DNA of 37,549 nt from a virus: positions 1 through 37,549 of the IMG/VR virus record IMGVR_UViG_3300029500_000006; one strand, 5' to 3'. Positions 18,806 through 25,431 of this stretch are shown one piece after another; position 1 is the stretch's first letter, and the number at the start of each line of letters is the position of its first letter. A program made the position numbers and the translations under genes. The notes below the pieces were generated by a model. It saw only the letters and a list, made by a program, of their open reading frames with translations, searched no databases and was not told the DNA's origin.

Positions 18806-18833
18806 AAACGGTTAGTAACACGTTAGTAACAAA
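18806..18833. repeat. 28-nt repeat copy B, overlapping the integrase stop codon
   Basis: See copy A. The integrase stop (18823-18825) lies inside the second GTTAGTAACA unit. Confidence 0.85.
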
Positions 18834-19968
18834 TCTTTATCTTCTCAATTTCACTCCGGAGGTCTTCCAGAGTACGGTGTCCGTAGACATCGTTTGTAAC
18901 ATCTCCACCAAAGCTGTGGCCGAGCATTCGTTTCCGGTCGTTCTCCTTTACTTCATATTTTTCACATAAGGAAGAGAAGGTATGCCGGCAGTCATGCGGG
19001 GTATGCTTTTCACCTGTTGGAGCAATGGCAATGCCAAGGTCAGACAGGGCAGCGTTCATATCTTTCCGGAACTTCTGTGTTTGACAGCCAAGTATATTTT
19101 GGATTCCGTATTTCTCGCAACGATCTGCAACCATATTATAAATTCCGGAATAGATCGGTACAGTCCGGATCTTACTGGAACGTGTCTTAATACCGCCGTG
19201 AAAACTTTTATCGTCCAAATTGATTGCTATTTTGGAATATTCTGTAATCCGGAAACCGCTGTAACACATGATCAGCAGCATCTGGATTACATCATTTTCT
19301 TTATTTTCCCAGAGAATTTTCATCTCATCATCTGTAAACGGCACTCCGTGCTCGTCATCGTCCTCTGTATTGATTCGCACATGTACAGAGTAATCTTTAT
19401 CACACAATTCATAAATTTCAGCGTAAGCGTACATCTGATGCATCAGAGACACGATCAGTTCTTTGCTGGCATGTTTCAACGGGCAGGAATCAATGATGTT
19501 TTGCAGATCCTGATGGCGCAGATCGGCAAATACTTTATCGTGTATGGCAGAACAGTTTTTATATGCAGCCCGGGTGGAATTTTTTGACGATTCAGATAAC
19601 TTCCGGCTCTGATCACGCTCATATTTCCACTGATAGAATTCCTCATACACATCGGAAAAGGTCTTTTTGGCAGCTTCCAGCTTCTCGTCAGATGCTTTTG
19701 TAAGATTGTAGTCCGCCAGGATAGATTGGATCAGCTTGCTGCCGGAAATATCTGCAGTCGCGGCAACCGTTTTTTCGTACCCTGGATAATAAGTACCGGC
19801 TCGGTAAGCAGTCAACACCGCAAAGCCAACCATCCAGTCGGAAACATAACAGATTGCTTTTGGAGTTTTTGGGACACCGTTCAGCGTAAATTCCGTGGTA
19901 GGCGGATGGACTGCATAAGGATTGCGCCGCCCTTTGCCAAGATATTTGATGGAGCCGTTAGTAGCCAT
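18823..19968 (-). CDS. int: Tyrosine site-specific integrase
   Basis: 381 aa. The C-terminal catalytic region reads HTPHDCRHTFSSL ... MLGHS ... VYGHRT (R-H-R-Y type). Confidence 0.92.
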   Translation of the reverse strand: MATNGSIKYLGKGRRNPYAVHPPTTEFTLNGVPKTPKAICYVSDWMVGFAVLTAYRAGTYYPGYEKTVAATADISGSKLIQSILADYNLTKASDEKLEAAKKTFSDVYEEFYQWKYERDQSRKLSESSKNSTRAAYKNCSAIHDKVFADLRHQDLQNIIDSCPLKHASKELIVSLMHQMYAYAEIYELCDKDYSVHVRINTEDDDEHGVPFTDDEMKILWENKENDVIQMLLIMCYSGFRITEYSKIAINLDDKSFHGGIKTRSSKIRTVPIYSGIYNMVADRCEKYGIQNILGCQTQKFRKDMNAALSDLGIAIAPTGEKHTPHDCRHTFSSLCEKYEVKENDRKRMLGHSFGGDVTNDVYGHRTLEDLRSEIEKIKICY

Positions 19969-20002
19969 TAGGAATCTTTGGGTATTTTTTCCTTTTTGGC
20001 AT
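19958..20002 (-). CDS. 14-codon upstream ORF (MPKRKKYPKIPNGY) overlapping the int start; possibly the true int N-terminus displaced by a 1-nt frame change
   Basis: Strong RBS aaggtga 5-6 nt upstream. The annotated int ATG has no RBS. A +1 shift at TAC-TAA-C would join it to NGSIKYLGKG. Confidence 0.4.
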   Translation of the reverse strand: MPKRKKYPKIPNGY

Positions 20003-20077
20003 ATACATCACCTTCTTTCGTGAAAATGGTTAAAAATGGGTATAAAAATAACAGCCAGCAAAGAACGGGTGTTCCGC

Positions 20078-20106
20078 TTGCGAAGCTGTTCCGAAGATGA
20101 TACAAT
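20078..20106 (+). promoter_or_regulatory. Sigma-70-type promoter, TTGCGA-17-TACAAT with a TG extended -10
   Basis: TTGCGA at 20078-20083, a 17-nt spacer ending aTGa, and TACAAT at 20101-20106. Confidence 0.65.
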
Positions 20107-20112
20107 ATTTTT

Positions 20113-20222
20113 GGTCTGAAGCTGTAGCATCTCCGGAGGTGTTATAGTAAAATCGTCCTAGTTAGTGTCCGCTGTGCGGATGGGGCGTTTACCGGTTCCT
20201 GTTGCAGCAGGAGCCGGTTTTT
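20113..20222 (+). ncRNA. Candidate sRNA of about 110 nt, convergent with the NYN gene and antisense to NYN-to-int readthrough
   Basis: A promoter and an intrinsic terminator bracket about 110 nt that holds no ORF. It contains internal hairpins (TCCGC-tgt-GCGGA, CTCCGGAG). Confidence 0.45.
20191..20222 (+). terminator. Intrinsic terminator (+ strand)
   Basis: Stem CCGGTTCCTG / CAGGAGCCGG (one G-U pair), loop ttgcag, then ttttt. It abuts the NYN stop codon. Confidence 0.75.
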
Positions 20223-20915
20223 CTATTTATGAGTATGTGTGGTGTAAGATTTATTGCATGTACGAAGTCCGTCAATGTGTTCGAAGAGATCTGGTTTTAT
20301 TGGAGCACCTAATGGATCGAGAATAAAGTCAATTCCTTCTCTTCGTGCAAGTTTGGCAGCAGAAACAAAATCACTATCTCCAGATATAAGAACAATTTGA
20401 TCTACTTGATGCTTATATGCCATAGATGCAATATCTAAACCTATTTTCATATCTACACCTTTTTGATCGATTTCAAGACAGAAATCATTTTCTTGCAAAT
20501 CTGAAAACTGGATGCTTCCATTACATAGCTTCTTTACTGTTTGCGGGCGAATAGTATAATGAGCTTGTTCTTCAGCTAATTTTCCTAATCGAATAGCAAA
20601 TTTCCTTTTCTTTTTTAATTCGTTAAAAAAGCGTATAGTCCATTCATACAAGTCTGTTTTGCCTAAATCAACCTGTTGTTTTAAAAACGGGTGATAGATA
20701 CGTTTATTGGATGGAGCACAATCGTAGTAAAAGATTCTATACAAATCATTGTTTTCACCATGAGAATTTAAGTGACGTTTACAGTAGTTTGCCAATTCTA
20801 TGGCACGTTCTTCTGCTGTGGTATCACCAAAGACTGCTTGTGCGCGTCGTCTGTAAAAACCGCCATCAACCAAAATTGCTGTTTTCAAATGTTGCTGTGA
20901 ATGTCGTGAACTCAT
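20223..20915 (-). CDS. NYN-domain (LabA/PIN-like) putative ribonuclease
   Basis: 230 aa with TAILVDGGF near the N-terminus, QKGVDMKIGLDIASMAY, and QIVLISGDSDFVSAAKLARREGIDF. RBS ggagg. The DNA is AT-rich. Confidence 0.8.
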   Translation of the reverse strand: MSSRHSQQHLKTAILVDGGFYRRRAQAVFGDTTAEERAIELANYCKRHLNSHGENNDLYRIFYYDCAPSNKRIYHPFLKQQVDLGKTDLYEWTIRFFNELKKKRKFAIRLGKLAEEQAHYTIRPQTVKKLCNGSIQFSDLQENDFCLEIDQKGVDMKIGLDIASMAYKHQVDQIVLISGDSDFVSAAKLARREGIDFILDPLGAPIKPDLFEHIDGLRTCNKSYTTHTHK

Positions 20916-20936
20916 ATATGTAATCCTCCAGATACT

Positions 20937-20992
20937 AAAAAAGCTCTAGGGTTCGGTCATTCCCATATACTGAGAGACGTACAACCTAGAGC
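20937..20992 (-). terminator. Terminator-like hairpin plus U6 in the 5' leader of the NYN gene
   Basis: The minus-strand RNA folds as GCUCUAGG ... CCUAGAGC followed by UUUUUU, about 20 nt upstream of the RBS. Confidence 0.55.
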
Positions 20993-21024
20993 ACTATTAA
21001 CATGTAACCTCTGCTACATGTATT

Positions 21025-21053
21025 ATAATATATGCAATAAGTTGAAAAATCAA
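21025..21053 (-). promoter_or_regulatory. Promoter of the NYN unit, TTGATT-17-TATTAT (minus strand)
   Basis: Read from the reverse complement: -35 at 21053-21048 and -10 at 21030-21025. Confidence 0.5.
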
Positions 21054-21126
21054 TACATATCGTTAAAAATTAACAGAAATTTTACAAAATAAACACAAAT
21101 AGAGTTATTTGCAAGGTTTTATTGCT

Positions 21127-21151
21127 TCCCCTGCCCACATGGAGCAGGGGA
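21127..21151 (-). terminator. GC-rich hairpin downstream of the lipoprotein gene
   Basis: TCCCCTGC / GCAGGGGA with a 9-nt loop. There is no clear U-tail on either strand. Confidence 0.4.
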
Positions 21152-21156
21152 GTGAA

Positions 21157-21798
21157 TTATTCTGAATCACTTGCCAGATCTGAAGAATCAGAAGAGGAAA
21201 TCACTTCTCCAGAATCTGCATTTACAAAGTCAACATGTACATTGTCAATAGATGTTCCATTGAATGCATAGTACATTCCAGACATCATATAAAGGCTCAT
21301 AACAGCCACTGTTTCACTCAAATCCGGTTCGGAATTAGTGGTTGTAATTGTGTAGCTGGTAAAATCTGAATTGGCGGTAACATCGGTAATGTTTGGATAG
21401 TCCTCAGATCCGACCATTTCTGAAAGGAAGCTGTTGATGTTGTCAGCACATTTTTCCATGAGCTGTTTGTGTTGCTTTTTAGTCATTACATAAGTTGCGC
21501 TGCCATCCTCGTTGAGTGTGACTTTATATCCACTTTCTTTGGCAGAAGCGTCAAGTTCTTCCTGTGTTGTTTCTCCGACATATTCAGCAGGAACAGTCAC
21601 GGTAACGTCAAACACACCTTTATCAACATCGACATCACCAATGGAAGAAATGTCAGATGCTTCATCGGAAGCAGATGTATCTTCCACTTGCTTTACAGAT
21701 TCTTCTTTTGGTGCGGATGAATTCTGTTGAGCAGCAGATCCGCAACCAGAAAATAAAAATGTTCCAACTAACAACAGTGCTACAATTTTTCTTTTCAT
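21157..21798 (-). CDS. Secreted lipoprotein, 213 aa
   Basis: Signal peptide MKRKIVALLLVGTFLFSGC with a lipobox, and RBS aggaga. The start is trimmed from the track ORF (21942) to ATG 21798. Confidence 0.8.
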   Translation of the reverse strand: MKRKIVALLLVGTFLFSGCGSAAQQNSSAPKEESVKQVEDTSASDEASDISSIGDVDVDKGVFDVTVTVPAEYVGETTQEELDASAKESGYKVTLNEDGSATYVMTKKQHKQLMEKCADNINSFLSEMVGSEDYPNITDVTANSDFTSYTITTTNSEPDLSETVAVMSLYMMSGMYYAFNGTSIDNVHVDFVNADSGEVISSSDSSDLASDSE

Positions 21799-21823
21799 AA
21801 CAATTCTCCTATGTATTAAAAAA

Positions 21824-22198
21824 TTACAGAATAAACTGTGAAATAGTTCTTCCAATTTCAACAATATTGCTGGATCCAGTAAATTCAAATTTAACTTTTC
21901 CAAGACTGCTGAAATAGAGTTCCAACTCGCTATCAAGATCAATCACACCGGCTGTCTCAATAGAAAATGCCTGGATCTTTGAATATGGAAGCGTAGTAAA
22001 ATCTTTTTTCTTTCCGGTCATGCCCTGAACATTGACAGCAATTACTCTCTTGTTTGTAAAGATAACAAAATCTCTGATTGCCTGGTACTCACCGAGAAAT
22101 TCCTCGCCAGGGACAAAAAGTGGCTTGATTAGGCTTTCATTGTGGAATTTTTTTGTGTCTTTCAGCTTGATAAAGCTTCCGTTTTTGAAATCAATCAT
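21824..22198 (-). CDS. Bacterial PH-domain protein (YokE-like)
   Basis: 124 aa with IFTNKRVIAVNVQGMTGKKKDFTTLPYSKIQAFSIET. RBS aaggag. Confidence 0.7.
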   Translation of the reverse strand: MIDFKNGSFIKLKDTKKFHNESLIKPLFVPGEEFLGEYQAIRDFVIFTNKRVIAVNVQGMTGKKKDFTTLPYSKIQAFSIETAGVIDLDSELELYFSSLGKVKFEFTGSSNIVEIGRTISQFIL

Positions 22199-22360
22199 AG
22201 TAAAAATCTCCTTTGTAAAAAATATTTATAAAATGCCGTAGCAAATTACCATAAATTGTCATTAGTAGTATATAAAGCATAAAAATTATGGTTATTTAAA
22301 TTTCATAATTGCCGGTTCGTTCATGACAATCAACGATGGAATAAAATAAATGATATAGTA

Positions 22361-22996
22361 TTATAGCTTTCTGCGAAGCTCCACAACTTTTCCCAGAATC
22401 TTCACAGGTTTTTCTGCTACATCTTGATTAGAGAAGTACATTGGATCATAAGATGGGTTATTTGAAATCAGTTCAATACCATCTTTATATTTCCGAAGTC
22501 TCTTGCATGTTGCGTCATTTCCATTGACAGTAGCAATAACGGTATCACCATTTTCGGCATCTTCCTGGCATCGAATGATTACTATGTCGCCATCACAGAT
22601 ATTTGGAACCATGGAATTCCCTTTTATAATCAAACCAAAGTATTCGCCAGTTTTTGCCATATCCTCAGAGATTTCTTCTGTATCAACAATATCTTCGATC
22701 ATTTCAATCGGTATGCCAGCAGCTACACGACCGTATATATTTATAGTAACTCCTTTTTTATGCACCTGAGGAATGTTGTTGCGTTCTTCAACTAAATCGG
22801 CTTTTGTAATGCCAAAATAATTTGCCATGAGTTCAATTTTATCAATACGTGGATATGAGTTGCCTTTGACCCAGTCTGTAAAAGTTGTGTATTTTACTCC
22901 AAGAGCATCACACATATCATTTCTAGTTTTTTGATGTTTATCCATATAATACAGAATATTTTTTGCCATTATTTCTTTATTTCCAAGACTACTCAT
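22361..22996 (-). CDS. CI/LexA-like repressor: XRE HTH plus S24 autopeptidase
   Basis: The N-terminal HTH reads QKTRNDMCDALGVKYTTFTDWVKGNSYP. The C-terminal part carries GNSMVP (Ser) and ATCKRL (Lys). RBS agaggtga. Confidence 0.9.
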   Translation of the reverse strand: MSSLGNKEIMAKNILYYMDKHQKTRNDMCDALGVKYTTFTDWVKGNSYPRIDKIELMANYFGITKADLVEERNNIPQVHKKGVTINIYGRVAAGIPIEMIEDIVDTEEISEDMAKTGEYFGLIIKGNSMVPNICDGDIVIIRCQEDAENGDTVIATVNGNDATCKRLRKYKDGIELISNNPSYDPMYFSNQDVAEKPVKILGKVVELRRKL

Positions 22997-23082
22997 TTAG
23001 ATCACCTCTTCTTTCATAATATAAGTGTATTATAAAATCGTAAAAAAATCAAGAAAAAACGGGAAAATTACGAAAAAACCGT

Positions 23083-23111
23083 TGACATTACGGTTAAAAC
23101 GTAATATACTT
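23083..23111 (+). promoter_or_regulatory. Early rightward promoter, TTGACA-17-TATACT, with an embedded palindromic operator
   Basis: TTGACA at 23083-23088 and TATACT at 23106-23111. The palindrome ATTACG-n7-CGTAAT occupies 23088-23106. Confidence 0.75.
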
Positions 23112-23141
23112 AAATCATCAAATGAGAGGGAGGTGAATACA

Positions 23142-23261
23142 ATGAGCCAGAAAAAGGGTAATAAAAAAGACAAACGCGATATCGCAACTATCGCGCTTGT
23201 CACAGCCGTAATCAGTTTGATAGATCATATCATTGATCTGATCAGCAAACTGATTAAATAA
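23142..23261 (+). CDS. 39-aa peptide with a basic N-terminus and a hydrophobic helix
   Basis: MSQKKGNKKDKRDIATIALVTAVISLIDHIIDLISKLIK, with RBS gagggaggtg. The start is trimmed from the track ORF (23025). Confidence 0.55.
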   Translation: MSQKKGNKKDKRDIATIALVTAVISLIDHIIDLISKLIK

Positions 23262-23268
23262 AAAGAAT

Positions 23269-23290
23269 AGAGGGAGAGAAATCTCCCTCT
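23269..23290. terminator. Hairpin AGAGGGAGA-gaaa-TCTCCCTCT
   Basis: A perfect 9-bp stem. A T-rich tail is present only on the minus-strand reading (attcttttt). Confidence 0.5.
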
Positions 23291-23362
23291 TAGAAAAAAA
23301 TACCTTTTAAATGGCGCATTGTCAAGATAGATACTGAAATAAATTTGAAAGGTGGTGGCAAA

Positions 23363-23449
23363 ATGGTTGGAATTGCAATTAATATTGTGCAGATTGTGAT
23401 TGATATTATACTGATAGTACTTCTTGTGAAGATGATTAAATCGAAATAG
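23363..23449 (+). CDS. 28-aa hydrophobic peptide
   Basis: Hand-translated MVGIAINIVQIVIDIILIVLLVKMIKSK, with RBS aaaggtggtgg. Confidence 0.45.
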   Translation: MVGIAINIVQIVIDIILIVLLVKMIKSK

Positions 23450-23505
23450 GTATATATAGCTGTCCTATCGGCTATACGGGGGGAAAGAAACGAGGTGAAT
23501 GGAAA

Positions 23506-23736
23506 GTGAGTGAGTATACTCCAACTTTAAAACAGGCAAGAGAATTGAAAGGATATACACAAGCTGAAGCTGCAGCACTTATCGGAGTAAGTGTAGACAC
23601 GCTCGGAAATTATGAGCGCGGAAAATCGTATCCGGATATTCCAGTTTTACGAAAAATAGAAGATGTGTATGGTTTCCCATATAATCGACTTATTTTTTTA
23701 CCGTTGGATTACGACAAAACCGTAAACAAATATTAA
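23506..23736 (+). CDS. Cro-like XRE-family HTH regulator
   Basis: 76 aa with LKGYTQAEAAALIGVSVDTLGNYERGKSYP. GTG start after gaggtg. Confidence 0.8.
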   Translation: MSEYTPTLKQARELKGYTQAEAAALIGVSVDTLGNYERGKSYPDIPVLRKIEDVYGFPYNRLIFLPLDYDKTVNKY

Positions 23737-23748
23737 GTACGAATGTTC

Positions 23749-23777
23749 TTGACAAACCTCTATTATTTTGCTATCAT
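23749..23777 (+). promoter_or_regulatory. Promoter, TTGACA-17-TATCAT
   Basis: TTGACA at 23749-23754 and TATCAT at 23772-23777. Confidence 0.65.
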
Positions 23778-23802
23778 TTTGATACCAGAAAGAGGTGATG
23801 AG

Positions 23803-23919
23803 ATGATACAGACAACAATACGGCTTCCGGAAAAGCTGTATGAGAAATTAAAGTTGGAAGCCAAAAAAAGAGGGATGTCATTGAATGCATATTTGCTCAG
23901 TGTTTTATGGAGTACATAG
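23803..23919 (+). CDS. Small RHH (Arc/CopG-like) protein, 38 aa
   Basis: Hand-translated MIQTTIRLPEKLYEKLKLEAKKRGMSLNAYLLSVLWST, with RBS agaggtg. Confidence 0.6.
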   Translation: MIQTTIRLPEKLYEKLKLEAKKRGMSLNAYLLSVLWST

Positions 23920-23981
23920 GAAGCTATTTAAAACAGAAGAAGATCCAGCAGAGAGGAATGCGTAGAGAGGAGGGGAGAGCG

Positions 23982-24305
23982 ATGGCGAGAACAAATAACG
24001 AAGTGTCAGTAAACAAAGGTGTGTTGGATGCAACAGCAGGTATGGTAAAGTCAGTTATTAAATTTATAACAGAAAAAGATAGCCTGAGTGCTGGTGACAC
24101 AGAGGCTATCAGAGCGGATCATAGCCCGATTGGAGAAATTATAGAGACTGAAAGAAAATACGTCAGTGAAGCGGACGGCCTAGTGGAAGTTTCTTTTCAA
24201 ATACCTTGCCGCGATTGGATGATACTGAAAAAGTCAATTCAGTGGCATTGGATGGGAAAGAAACTTCGGGAAATTCGAAACAAATATATCCGGAAGTTCC
24301 ACTGA
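23982..24305 (+). CDS. Hypothetical protein; the 3' third overlaps a convergent gene
   Basis: RBS ggagggga before ATG 23982. The last 143 nt are antisense to 24163-24660 and translate to an atypical W/K-rich tail. Confidence 0.35.
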   Translation: MARTNNEVSVNKGVLDATAGMVKSVIKFITEKDSLSAGDTEAIRADHSPIGEIIETERKYVSEADGLVEVSFQIPCRDWMILKKSIQWHWMGKKLREIRNKYIRKFH

Positions 24306-24660
24306 GAGAAGAAATGTTAATTGGTATGGAAAGAGAAGAGATTGCTCTATGCGAAACAACTGCACCGTTTACTTTTTTTGTTTCTTCGTAAGCAATAATT
24401 GGAGGCTGTAAGCAAGGATAGTATGTATCGTCTATTTTAATACAGATATCTGTAACGGATATAGGAAGCCTGGATTTATTTGCGAATGAGACATAAAGAA
24501 CAATCATTTTTTTTACGTCACCAAATACATGACCATTTACACGCATTTGAAGCTGCTTTCTGTTAATTAAAAATGTATGAATTAATGTGAATAAAGTTCC
24601 TAAGCTTCCAAAAATTGATAATGCGAAAGTTATATTTTCTTTTGTAAAAATGTGAGACAT
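24163..24660 (-). CDS. Membrane-anchored 165-aa protein of unknown function, oriented against the early operon
   Basis: N-terminal TM helix FALSIFGSLGTLFTLIHTFLI followed by a beta-rich domain. It has its own promoter, and the DNA is AT-rich. Confidence 0.65.
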   Translation of the reverse strand: MSHIFTKENITFALSIFGSLGTLFTLIHTFLINRKQLQMRVNGHVFGDVKKMIVLYVSFANKSRLPISVTDICIKIDDTYYPCLQPPIIAYEETKKVNGAVVSHRAISSLSIPINISSLSGTSGYICFEFPEVSFPSNATELTFSVSSNRGKVFEKKLPLGRPLH

Positions 24661-24712
24661 AATAGCAAATCCTTTCTTTGATATTCGATTCTGGCGGGAG
24701 TCTACATATCAA

Positions 24713-24741
24713 AGTATAGGAAAAAACGGCAGAAAAAGCAA
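24713..24741 (-). promoter_or_regulatory. Promoter, TTGCTT-17-TATACT (minus strand), for 24163-24660
   Basis: Reverse complement: -35 at 24741-24736 and -10 at 24718-24713. The 9-bp inverted repeat CTTTGATAT / ATATCAAAG (24675-24713) lies in the leader. Confidence 0.65.
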
Positions 24742-24802
24742 TTAGGAACCGTAACCAGACAACCTACAAACACATATCTTCTATGAGAGGAAGGTGAGAT
24801 AC

Positions 24803-24997
24803 ATGGAGCCTCATGAACTCATGAGTGCATCTGAGGCAGCACGTTTACTTGGCTGTTCACCAGAAAAAGTAAGACAGCATATTAGAGCCGGTGTATGGAA
24901 GTTTGGAGTTTGTATTCCAAAGCAAAAAGGTGGAAAGAAAGACTCGTTCATTATCTACCGCCGGCAACTAATGAAAACACTGGAGGGAGCACAATGA
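24803..24997 (+). CDS. Excisionase-like / MerR-type HTH DNA-binding protein
   Basis: MEPHELMSASEAARLLGCSPEKVRQHIRAGV. RBS gaggaaggtgag. The start is trimmed from 24794. Confidence 0.6.
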   Translation: MEPHELMSASEAARLLGCSPEKVRQHIRAGVWKFGVCIPKQKGGKKDSFIIYRRQLMKTLEGAQ

Positions 24998-25191
24998 GCA
25001 AATTAAAAATTGCCGGAATCATCACATCGATAGTGGCAGCATCCGTGTTCGTGTTTCTGTATTTTGGCAGACCACACACGGTAATAAATGCAATCCTGGT
25101 GTTGTTGGCAGGAGGCGTTGCAGTGCTTGGATTAATGATGGTTTCGGTAGTAGAAGAAATTAATCTGGAGGATACAGAAGATGAAAAATAA
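24994..25191 (+). CDS. Small membrane protein, 65 aa with two TM segments
   Basis: ATGA overlap with the preceding gene and RBS ggaggga. Confidence 0.6.
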   Translation: MSKLKIAGIITSIVAASVFVFLYFGRPHTVINAILVLLAGGVAVLGLMMVSVVEEINLEDTEDEK

Positions 25192-25381
25192 GATTGCATT
25201 TGGGCTGTGCGCCACAGGACTTGGAATAGCCTCCATCGGAATGATGGGGCTGTCTAGTGAGGGACAAGCCGGATTCGTTCTGGCGGTGAAGATCACAGCT
25301 ATTGGACTGGCGATTGCCGGTGCAGGAATAATTCTGAACAAAATAAAAGAGCGTGTCACCTTCGACAATCACACGCTCTAA
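25181..25381 (+). CDS. Small membrane protein, 66 aa
   Basis: RBS ggagga. The sequence is Gly/Ala-rich and hydrophobic. Confidence 0.6.
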   Translation: MKNKIAFGLCATGLGIASIGMMGLSSEGQAGFVLAVKITAIGLAIAGAGIILNKIKERVTFDNHTL

Positions 25382-25431
25382 ACCAATGACATAGGTAATA
25401 AAACCTATGTCTGGAGTATAACAGACAGGAG

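Noticed and set aside
18620-18810. A tRNA or tmRNA fragment at the putative attP.
   Set aside because: I could not fold any cloverleaf or find a T-loop GTTCGAATC-type motif. Only AT-rich hairpins and a terminator are visible.
19969-20222. attP in the int-NYN intergenic region.
   Set aside because: The region is better explained by the int RBS and mini-ORF plus a promoter-terminator unit. The repeat-rich region downstream of int (18539-18833) fits attP better. This cannot be settled without prophage junctions.
21799-21942. N-terminal 48-aa extension of the lipoprotein ORF in the track.
   Set aside because: The extension overlaps the PH-domain gene. The internal ATG at 21798 has an AGGAGA RBS and begins a textbook lipoprotein signal peptide.
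23025-23141. Upstream part of track ORF 23025-23261.
   Set aside because: It would have to be translated through the TTGACA/TATACT promoter and operator. The internal ATG at 23142 has a strong RBS.
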